Below are positions 54,524 through 64,000 of a stretch of DNA of 64,000 bases, piece by piece. Both the position numbers and the translations under genes were made by a program. Below the pieces are notes generated by a model. The model saw only the letters and a program-made list of their open reading frames with translations. It did not search any database and was not told the DNA's origin. Source of the stretch: Phaeosaccion multiseriatum. Lineage: Eukaryota > Protista > Ochrophyta, other classes. Numbering within the stretch: position 1 is the first letter of the stretch; the number at the start of each line of letters is the position of its first letter. The stretch is from NCBI GenBank assembly GCA_965112735.1, contig OZ218952.1, forward strand, positions 4,898,001 through 4,962,000, given 5' to 3'.

Positions 54524-57500
54524 ATGGAGGACCGTAGGCAGAGATGGCTGGTGGTAGGAGGGATGGCCATCGTCCTCTTCCTCATGCGGAAGCATCGCAA
54601 GGCCACCCACATGAAGCAGCTCGAGGAAATTCGGAGGGCTGCAGCGGGACGTGGAAAAAGTTCGCGCAGTAGACGCCGGCGGAGGCCGCGCGAAGGTGAG
54701 AGGGGCGAAGGCGCTTATCGTTGTCTATTGATGTATCCGCAGGTCCTCACGCGCTTATCGTTGTCTATTGATGTCTGGCGCTTATCGTTGTCTGTTGAGT
54801 AGCGCCAGACACGTCGTCAGGTCCTCACGCGACGGCCCCGTATGCCTTCACTCCCCCCCTTCCGTCCCTTCCCTTCAGGCGCAAGAAGTAGAAGTGGGAG
54901 TGTGCGATCGCGAGAGGTGGTGGAGGAGGATGAGGATGGGGAGGAGGAGGAGGAGGACAGGGACTCAGACCAGAGTAGAAGCAGGAGTAGAAGCAGGAGC
55001 CCGCCTTCGAGGAGGCGTGGAAAGAAAGGCCGCACGCGAGGCATATCGCCCTGGACCATACCCACGCATATCGGCTTGGGTGGTCCCCTTCCTACGCCTT
55101 CGTCCGCTTCCAACGCGACGGGCTCGCCCTTCCCCGCCAAGGCCAAGACTGCCAAGCACCATACACACGGGTCCAAAGCGGTGGACATTGGAGCTGTGCT
55201 GGGTGAGTGATTGGAGCTGATCGCTTTTGGTTCGTACCACGATTGGATTCGGCGATTTGGCGGGCAAGGGAGGGAGCGGGTGAGGGAGTCGATGAGAGTG
55301 AGTGAGTGAGTGAGTGAGTGAGTGAGTGAGTGAGTGAGTGAGTAATTTGTGTCATTCTGCGCCCTCTGCGCCTCTGCCCGCCCTAATCCTCCCCTCGGAA
55401 CATTCTCCCGCCCTAATCCTCCCCTCGGAACATTCTCCTCGCCCCTTCCGGATGGTGCCATGCGGCCCCTTCCCTCAGGTATGGACATCGGAGGCACCCT
55501 GTGCAAGCTCGTCTACTTCGAGAGGGAGGCCACCCCGCCCGAGACCAATGTGAGTACACACCGCACCGCCTTGCCGCTGCCACTTGGCACCTTACAGGGC
55601 CACCTCCACTGCCACTTGGCAAGTTTCACTGACGGTTTGGGTCTGGCGTGAATTACGACAGTACCGCAGCACACTGGTTAAGAGAGATGGCAGAAGATGG
55701 CAGCAGAAGGCGGCACTGGAAAGGGATTGTGTTGGTGATATTGATTGGTGTTGTGACGAAGGTGGGCTCACCTGCCCACAGATGTGAGCGGCCAGGTGAG
55801 GTAGGTGAGGTAGGTGCGACGCCGCCTCGGTCTCCCCTCTCGAACAAGCGCAGTGCAATCCAGTCGCAAGTGGAGGACTTTTTTTTTGTACACTTCGTTC
55901 TCCCTCACTGTACATGTACTAGCGCCCGCTCAACGCCCTCTCCTCACACACCACTTCTTTCTTTCTTTTTTGTATTTTTGTTCTCATTTTTTATTTATAT
56001 TTGTTTTTTACTGTACATGTACTTGCACTCAACGCCCTCTCACTTCCCATACTCCCTCGCTCGTGCTGTGCGGTGTCACCCTCCACTTTCGTCTGCAGCC
56101 CCAGCACCAAGCAGCCTTGGCCTCGGCAAGGGCGGCAGCGGCAAGCGCGGCAGCGGCAAGGAGAGCAGCCGCGGCCCGGTCAAGAGAGGAAGCAGTTGGT
56201 GATACGGCAGCAGTAGTAGCGGGAGCAGGAGGAGGAGGAGGAGGAGGAGGAGGAGGAGGAGGAGGAGGAGGTGGGGATAGCGCGAGAGATAGGCAGGACC
56301 CGCTGGAGGGGCATGGGGCTGGCGAGGAGGGCGGAGGGCTCAAGAGGGCAGAGACGCCGACCCCCAGCGTTCTTGGCAGCACGATGCGGCGCAGCAGGAG
56401 CCTGTGTCTGCTCACAGAGGACCTCGAGAGGAGGCAGGCCCTGCAAGCCTTCTATGACTTTATGGAGAACGCAGGTGAGTGAGTGAGTGAGTGAGTGAGT
56501 GAGTGAGTGAGTGAGTGAGTGAGTGAGTGAGTGAGTGAGTGAGTGACAAGGGGAAGACTCTGGGGAGGTGGGCACATGGCCAAGGGTCGGGAGATGGGTA
56601 CATGGGCATGGTGACAAGGGGCAGTGACACATGATGTCGTGTGAGGTGAGGACGGGCAAGTTAGTGACGAGGGTGGGTAAGTGGGAATAGCACTGAGGTG
56701 AAAAGGGGCACGTGAATGAGAAGGGTGGGAAGGGGCAGGGGGGAGGTCGGAAGGCACTGAACTTTGACGGGTACATGGCCAAGGCAGTGCAGGTGGTGTG
56801 TGTGAGGAATCGGGGCAGTGCAGGTGGTGTGTGTGAGGAATCGGGGCAGTGCAGGTTCTCGTGGTGTGTATGGGGAGCAGCACGCTGAGCTGACGGCTGA
56901 TGGGCAGGTAGGGAGCTGATGATGAGGCCTACTGCGGAACGAGTGATGATGAGGCCTGCGGAACGAGTGATGATGAGGCCAGACTGCGGAACGACTTTCG
57001 CCGCTCTGCCCCTGGCCACAATTCTCTCTCCCTCTCTCTCCCTCTCTCTCCTTTTCTTCTTCTGTCCCGCCCTTCTCTCACCCTCTCTCTCTCTCTCTGT
57101 CCTTCCCCCCCTCCCTCCCTCTGCCCTGTACCGACTCTCCAGGCGACATGGGCGTAAGCAGCGTGAAGGATGACCACCTCGCCTGCCACAGCCCCATTCT
57201 CGGCGGCCGCCTCCACTTCTTCAACTTCGAAACGCGCCATATGGACCACGCTGTGGAGCTCATTGCCAAGAGCACCATACATCACAGCATACAGGGCCTT
57301 GGCTGCACGGGGGGAGGTGAGGGAGGAGGGAGGGAGGGAGGGAGGAAGGAAGGAAGGAGGGAGGGAGGGAGGGAGGGAGGATGGAGGGTGTTCGCATATC
57401 TTCCACATGGCGGGCTGCCGGTGTTGTGTGTATATGTGTGTTTGCGTGTGCGTGTGTGTGTGTGTGAGCGTTTGTGCAAGTGTGTCCAAGTGTGTATACC

Positions 57501-59487
57501 TGCGTCCCCCCCCCCCCGCCTTATCGTCTCCTCTCCCTCATACCTCAATCCTTCAACTCAAACTACCCCCCCCCCCCAACCCACAGGCGCCTACAAGTTC
57601 GAAGATTTCTTCATGCGAGACCTTGGCGTGCAAATGCACCAAATGGATGAGATGGGCTGCCTCATTAGGGGCCTGCAGTTCTGTTTGGCCAACGTGGGCG
57701 GCGAGTGCTACACCTATCGCCCCCCGGGGGAGGGTGGCAGCTGCCCCCCCGGGGAGGGCCGGGACGACGACTCTGACCTGCGTGTGTCCGACGACGAGGA
57801 GCTTGTGGACGCCTCTGACACCTTCCGGAACATGCGCATGAGACAGGTCCGTAGGCCTCCATCTAGCTGCCCGTATGCCTCTATCTGTCTATCTGTCTAC
57901 TCGTATGCCTCCATCTGGCTGCCCGTATGCCTCTGTCTGTCTATCTGTCTACTCGTATGCCTCCATTTGGCTGCCTGTCTGTCCATCTGTCCACTCACAT
58001 GGGCTCTGTGTGTCTTCAGCTGTCCATCCCCTTCCACCCCCCCACAGCACCCGAGTGCACCCCCCCCCCCCTGGAGCTCCCGTCCCCTGCGCTAAACAAT
58101 GCACCCCATCAATGAAACGCCCAATGCATCAATCCAATGCCCTCTCTGTATGAATCACAGATGTCGAAGCGGCGCGAGAAGGTGGAGTACAGCATCAAAG
58201 TGTCAAGGTCTAGCGAGGAGCTTCTCTCCGCCTACCCCGCCCTCGTTGTGTCCATCGGCTCCGGTGTTTCTATCCTCAAGGTATACGATCAGTGTGTGTG
58301 TGTGTTTGTCTTTTGTCTAGCATACTGAAACTGAACCCGAAACCGAAACCGGCAGGGGGGACTAATGAGCTGAAATTGTACCTTGACCAGGTGGACGGCC
58401 CCATGAAGTTCGAGCGCGTGTCGGGAAGCTCCATCGGCGGGGGCACGTACTGGGTGAGTAACGGGTGTCAGGACAGGGGGTGGGTGAGTATGGTAGCGGG
58501 TGTCAGGTCCGTCAAAGGCTATAGCACTAGCACTCACACTCCCTTCCCTCCCTCAGGGACTGTGCAAGCTCCTCACGCACGCCACGAGCTACAATGAGTC
58601 TCTCGAAATGGCCAGTAGGGGGGACAGCAACAAGGTCAGTGAGGGAAACTAGGGGGGGAAGGTTCGGCGATGGGTCTTGAGTTGAGCACTCTCTCTCTCT
58701 CACGCACGCACGCACGCACCCGCACCCTCCCACACTCACAGCGCATTCCTGCCCTCCCCTGCCCGTACGCCTGCCTGCCCATATACCTGCCTGCCCTCTG
58801 ACTGCCTCAGGTGGACATGCTTGTGCGTGACATATATGGCAAGGGCTACACAAAGTTCCAACTTGCAGAGGACACCCTCGCCAGCAGCTTCGGTAAGTGC
58901 TGCTCTGAGGAGAGCCCTAGAGACACAATGGAGGATGAGGACCTGGCCAGGGCGGTGGTCAACATGATCACCATGAACATCGGACAGGTCGCGTACCTCA
59001 ACGCCAAGGTGGGTGGGTGTGTAGTATGTCAATTGGTGGGTGTATAGTGTGTCAATTTGGTGGGTGTGTAGTATGTCAATTGTTGGGTGAGGAGGTGCGT
59101 TTGTGTGTATTTTTGTGTGCATGTGCGTATGCGCTTTTGTATGTGCGTGCGTGCGTGCGTATCAACCTGTCCCGCACCCTCGCCGCCCTGCCCCTGCTCG
59201 CGCAAAGTGAACCCACGCACCCGTCCGTCCCTCTCTCCCCCCTCCCCTCCCCTCCCCTTCCCTCCCCTCCTATCCTATCCTCCCTCCAGCTGTACGACAC
59301 ACGCCGCATCTACTTCGTCGGCAACTTCCTTCGCAAGAACGGCATCTCGTCTCAACGCCTGTCCTTCTCCATCGACTACTGGAGCTCGGGAGAGATGGAG
59401 GCCCTCTTCTTCGAGCACGAGGGCTATCTCGGAGCGCTCGGAGCCTTCCTCATGTCCGGCAATGACGAGGAGATGTCAGGGAGATAG
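54524..59487 (+). CDS. PANK: Type II (fumble) pantothenate kinase with N-terminal hydrophobic segment, multi-exon
   Basis: GMDIGGTLCKLVYF, TGGGAYKF, DEMGCLIRG, VSIGSGVSILKV, GSSIGGGTYWGL, VDMLVRDIYG, ASSFGK, FVGNFLR, HEGYLGALGA. Start codon less certain. Confidence 0.92.
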
Positions 59488-59813
59488 TAGAAGGGAACAG
59501 TATGGATATCTGTAACGGCAACGTAACGGTATCGATGTGACGGTGGTCATCAGAGGTCAGCCCCATCCTGTGACCCCCACCCCTCCCCCATTTGGAGGGG
59601 CAGAGGGAGGGGGGCGAGTGGATGGAGTGGGGCATAGGGAGGGAGAGAGGTAAAGAGGAGCAGGGAAGTGATGAGTGGTGAGCAAGGAGCAAAGCCGTAC
59701 GCACGCCCTCCTTGTCATCGTTCACTCGGTGCAAAGGGCTCTATAGCCTGCGTCCTTCCCCGTCGTTTGCCCGTTAGTCTTGAGCTCTTGAGCTTCATCT
59801 CTCACGCTCCCTA

Positions 59814-60085
59814 CTCCATGATGATGCCTCTTATGTTTGGGGAGGGATCTCACGCTGCCTCCTCCATGATGATGATGATGCCTCTTATGTTTGGGGAGGG
59901 ATCTCACGCTGCCTCCTCCATGATGATGATGATGCCTCTTATGTTTGGGGAGGGCTCTGGTCTGCTCGGCCTTGGTGCTTACCTTACGATAGCGCCGGTC
60001 AGGGATGGGCAGCAGGGAGCAGAGTGCCTTGGTGCTACCTTACGATAGCGCCGGTCAGGGATGGGCAGCAGGGAGCAGAGTGCTT
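59814..60085. repeat. Two adjacent minisatellites (~60-bp unit x~2.5; ~56-bp unit x2) between convergent genes
   Basis: Directly visible. Confidence 0.85.
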
Positions 60086-60620
60086 GCCTGGATATCGGCC
60101 ATGCGCGACAGTTACAGTTTTGCCTCTCCTTTCATCAGGGGGTCAAAATGGCAGAGCAAGCAGAAGAGCAGAAGGGTGTTCCCATCACGGCTCAGTAAGG
60201 CAGTGAGGCAGCAGAAGAGTGCGGGCAGGCCGTGCCCTTCACGCCTACCCCAGACATCCTTGCAGACTTGGCGTAGTCTCTTCGCCCCGTGTGGGTGGGT
60301 GACCGAGAGCCCCCCTGGGTGGCGAAGGCTGCCTGTCCATGAGGCGAGAGTGCTTCATCCCACAAAAAGAGTGAGGAGGCTTAGCCTGGCTTTCTGGCCT
60401 GGCTTTGTTTGGTCATATGGTAAGCGCGTTTTCTACAAGTAAATAGAGGCCAAATATGTAGACATCTTCTCGTTAAAAAAAAAAAAAAAATATTGTTATA
60501 ACAATGTAATTATCGTTTATGACAATACAATTATCGTCATGCTCTACGCATTACTTCACCCCTGCTGTTACAGCCAGCTCTGCTGCCCCTGCCCCCCCCC
60601 CCCCATCCCCTTCACTGTTG

Positions 60621-62099
60621 CTACCGCTGCCCAGCCGCCAGCTGCTGCAGAGAGTGCACTGTGCCCACCACCGCGGCAAAGAGGCCCGCCACAGCAATGG
60701 CCACGAGGCCGCCGGAGTGCAGGGCAGGCAAGCGGCCGCTCTGTCGCCGGAGGGAGCGGTAGCACAGAGGCGGGAGGATGAAGGCCAGCAGGCTGCAGCA
60801 GCTGCTGCCGATGAGGGAGATGAAGAGACCGAAGTTAGGCACAGAGGCCGCTGTGAAGCCTGTGCCCATCACCAGCCCTGCCCGAAGCAAGTTCCGGCTC
60901 CGTTCGTAGGAGGAGCTGCTGGCATCCAGCCACTTGAGCTCCAGCACCTCCCACACGGGGATCATCATTATGGGGAAGGTGAAGAACAGCCCCACGCAGA
61001 AGGAGAGCTTGACGGTGGTGGCGTAGGCCGAGCCGGGCAAGTTGCTGAGGATGATATCTTCCGTGGCGCTGCCAAAGGCCATGTAGCCCAGTGCTCCCGA
61101 CGAGATGCACAGCGAGGTGTAGAGGAACATTACCAGAGAGAGGATGGGGAAGAAGCGCTTCTTCTCGCGCATGCTGGCCTCGAGGGGGAGGACCATCCCC
61201 ATGCCCTCGAAACAGTACACCGCCACTCCGAACACAAAGGGCAGTGCCCCGATCTTCCACGAGTCGATTTCGGGGTGGTCGAGTTGGTAATACTCCACAT
61301 CCTTGCCGTAGATCACCGCCAGGCCTGTGAGGTTCACCACCTCGGCGAGCAGCGAGAACGGCGCGAGATACTTGAGATGCTTGAGGAGGCACAGCGCAGT
61401 GATGAAAGGCAGGCAGCCCAGGATGACCGGCACCTTGGGCAGCCCGAACAGGTCGTTGAGGTTGCGTGCGATGAAGATGAGGTAGGCGCTGCTGAAGCCC
61501 GACTGCGTGACCACGAGGGCCCCCTCCACGGCCAAGAAGCCCGTCCTTCCGAGCGCTACCTGACATATCCTGCTATATGTGAGCGATCGGTGCTGCTGGT
61601 GCTGGTGCTGCTGCCGAGGATCCCCCTCTTCATCCCCCGCCACCTCCTCCCCCTGGCTCTTCATGATCATGTACTTGCACTGGATGAGCATCCACATGCA
61701 GCCGAGGCTGACCACGCCGACAATGGCCAGCACCACCCCAGAGAGCACCAAGCCTCCCTCCATGAAAGCCTTGGGTATGCCTAAAATGCCCGCTCCGACG
61801 AATGCTATCAAGGTGTTGACAAAGGTCCGGCCCACGGAGCTCAGGTGCCCCGATGCGCCCCCATGGCTACCACTCAGCCCCTCTGTCTCTATTTCTAGCG
61901 GCTCTAAGCCCTTCCCGTGACTAGTTGGTGTGCTGCTGCTGTTTCCATTCGCCTCTCGCAACAGCTGTTCCGTGGCTGCGGCTGCGCTCTCCTCGAAATC
62001 ATCCGTGCTGCTCAGAGGCGCCGTCGCCCCATCATCATCCTCAACGGTACCTCCCTTCATAATAGAGGACACGCGCCGCTGCAGCGGGATGCCTTGCAT
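60621..62099 (-). CDS. Proton-coupled amino-acid transporter (Aa_trans; SLC36/AVT3-like), intronless
   Basis: NTLIAFVGAGILGIPKAF, YLIFIARNL, FGVAVYCFEGMGMVLPLE, GYMAFG and FISLIGS motifs; many hydrophobic segments; first ATG at 62099. Confidence 0.93.
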   Translation of the reverse strand: MQGIPLQRRVSSIMKGGTVEDDDGATAPLSSTDDFEESAAAATEQLLREANGNSSSTPTSHGKGLEPLEIETEGLSGSHGGASGHLSSVGRTFVNTLIAFVGAGILGIPKAFMEGGLVLSGVVLAIVGVVSLGCMWMLIQCKYMIMKSQGEEVAGDEEGDPRQQHQHQQHRSLTYSRICQVALGRTGFLAVEGALVVTQSGFSSAYLIFIARNLNDLFGLPKVPVILGCLPFITALCLLKHLKYLAPFSLLAEVVNLTGLAVIYGKDVEYYQLDHPEIDSWKIGALPFVFGVAVYCFEGMGMVLPLEASMREKKRFFPILSLVMFLYTSLCISSGALGYMAFGSATEDIILSNLPGSAYATTVKLSFCVGLFFTFPIMMIPVWEVLELKWLDASSSSYERSRNLLRAGLVMGTGFTAASVPNFGLFISLIGSSCCSLLAFILPPLCYRSLRRQSGRLPALHSGGLVAIAVAGLFAAVVGTVHSLQQLAAGQR

Positions 62100-62295
62100 C
62101 TCAAGGGCAACGCCCAGCGGCCTCCTCTCAGGAGCAATCACAGAAAAGTCGAGGAAGCAAGCTCATTTCAAGTAGCGTTGCCTACTCAAGACAAGACCTT
62201 ATCCGAGGTGATGCGAGGGAGCTGCGTAGCTATTCGATGCGCACTCTATTGAGGTTGGTTAAGCAGCCGGGCAGCGAGAGAAGGAGGCGTGGAAT

Positions 62296-63328
62296 ATGTC
62301 AATGGCCCAGGCGTATACGATCCAGTCGCGAGAAGGGCAGAAGTGGAAAACCCGAATGATGAAGACGATGCACTGTCGCAGAGGAGGGCAGCGACTCGTG
62401 TCTATTCTCTCCCAGGCTCCCACGGGAGGGGGGAGGCGTCTGTGCAGCAGCAGCGGAGGGCTTGCAGCGGCCGCAGGGCCTGGGGCGGGTGCGTCCACCC
62501 CTTCGAATCCTGCCCCAGGATGTGCTTCGGGCCAGGAGAGGGGCTGCTCTTCGCGAGCAGAGGGGGAGACGAGGGAGGGGCAGAGGGGATACGGCAGCGT
62601 GTATAGCGGCGGTGGAAGTAGTACTGGTAGCACTGATGGTGGTGACAGGAGGAGGAGTCGAAGGAGGCCAAGGTCGTCTGGGCAAGGCACACAGGATACC
62701 GTCGGCGACAGGCTCGAGACAAGTGCAGCAGCGACGAGGGGGCGAGGAGCAGAGTGGTCCGGAGATACATATCCCCGCCGCCATTATCACGCCCTCGCGC
62801 ACGGAATCGGGGGCGGTTCTCGCGGCTTTAGCAGCAAGAGCAGCCCCGCTCTCCACTCAGAGGCGCAGGCCAGCGCCTTTGTAAGTAAGCACTTTGTCCT
62901 GGAGCCGGAGGAGATCACGGAATACCTCGATTCCCGTGGAGTTGACTACAAAGTCGTGTCGGTATGTGCGGGGGAGGAGTGCGGAGGGAAGGCTCTGCCC
63001 ATCCCTTTAGATTGACTAGGATAACCAGAGAGAAAGAGTTTGCCATAAAAGAGGAGAGACAGAGAAAGAGAGCCGTTGTCCCTCGACCACCTACCCACCA
63101 GACACTCCCCGCTGTGCTGTATCTAAACAGGGAGAAGCGCAGCTCAAGGAGTGCCCCTACTGCCACGAGACGCGAGGGATGATCGACAACCTCTGGAAGC
63201 TCTACGTGGGGCTGCATAAGGGTGGCGCCTTTTACTGCCATCGCTGCGGCAGTAAGGGCTCCTGGTTCGACTTCAAGCGGGCCATGGGGGGCATAAGCGT
63301 GAGCTCGAGTGTCAGCTTGATGGGCAAG
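62296..63328 (+). CDS. Twinkle-like organellar primase-helicase, 5' part (exons 62296-62961, 63131-63328); continues beyond the window
   Basis: Arg/Ser-rich presequence, then ECPYCH...DNLWKLY...GAFYCHRCGSKGSWFDFK, a T7 gp4/Twinkle-type Zn-binding domain. Confidence 0.75.
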
Positions 63329-63612
63329 GTGAGGCGGTCGGTGTCCTGTACATGTGTGTGTGTGTGTGCGTGCGTGTGTGCGTGTGTGTGTGTGTGTGTG
63401 TGTGCGTGTGTGAGAGAGAGAGTGTGTGTATGGAGGGAGGGGGGGAGGGCATAAGGATTTTTGTGTGATGTGTTCAGTCCCCATTCCTTTTGTGAGGTAC
63501 ACAGAGAGGGAGGGGGGTGGAATGTTGAGGTATAGTCTGTCGCCAGAGGCTCTTTCGTCGAGCAGAGAGAGAGGACGGACACACACACAGCGGAGACGAT
63601 GGCCCGAAACAC

Positions 63613-63994
63613 TTGCTTGCGGGGACGGCTCTCTTCTCGCTCGATCCAAGCAAAGGCCATACATTCAGATGGAGAGAGACAACGCGGGCGAGAGAGAGAG
63701 GAACGGAGAGGGAGAAGGAGGGGGAGGGGGAGGGAGAGGAAGAGGGAGGGGGAAGGAGGCACATCACTCCACCCCCCCGTCTCCATTGAATTGGATTGAA
63801 TCGTTGCTTGCGGGGACGGCTCTCTTCTCGCTCGATCCAAGCAAAGGCCATACATTCAGATGGAGAGAGACAACGCGGGCGAGAGAGAGAGGAACGGAGA
63901 GGGAGAAGGAGGGGGAGGGGGAGGGAGAGGAAGAGGGAGGGGGAAGGAGGCACATCACTCCACCCCCCCGTCTCCATTGAATTGGATTGAATCG
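63613..63994. repeat. Tandem duplication of a 191-bp unit in a Twinkle intron
   Basis: 63613-63803 matches 63804-63994. Confidence 0.9.
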
Positions 63995-64000
63995 AATCCA

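Noticed and set aside
26937-59487. Metabolic cluster of PEX1, SFC1 and PanK (glyoxylate cycle/CoA)
   Set aside because: Plausible but unsupported; housekeeping neighbours occur by chance and no shared regulatory signal is visible.
60519-61784. Long plus-strand ORF (421 aa); likewise 25954-26838
   Set aside because: Antisense shadows of GC-rich real genes on the minus strand.

Overview
Gene-dense, GC-rich eukaryotic DNA with many GT-AG introns, most likely from a photosynthetic stramenopile (two proteins have signal peptide plus Phe-starting plastid presequences). Introns are full of microsatellites, so most ORFs in the six-frame track are artefacts. Host genes I can support, left to right: permuted papain-like (NlpC/P60) protein (partial), Zn-free MsrB-like protein, plastid ClpS, OSCA/TMEM63-like channel, GDP-fucose transporter, HET/TIR-like membrane protein, plastid double-CS-domain protein, intronless bacterial-type NIF3/DUF34 with lost metal ligands, PEX1, SFC1, pantothenate kinase, an intronless amino-acid transporter and the 5' part of Twinkle. 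The 30.8-53.8 kb region is a rearranged tandem duplication (PEX1 3' half plus an orphan gene) holding nested mobile DNA. (1) A very young Ty1/copia element has identical 186-bp LTRs and a GTGTC target-site duplication (TSD), with its empty site in the window. It is split into three ORFs (Gag, PR-IN, RT-RH), the last two preceded by splice-acceptor-like signals, and has no canonical tRNA primer site. (2) An unclassified 3.6-kb element has 466-bp direct repeats, a 232-bp flanking duplication and an array of covarying CAACA-loop hairpins. (3) Two related MITEs have TCG..CGA ends and 6-bp TSDs. All assignments are by eye from motifs; no searches were run.
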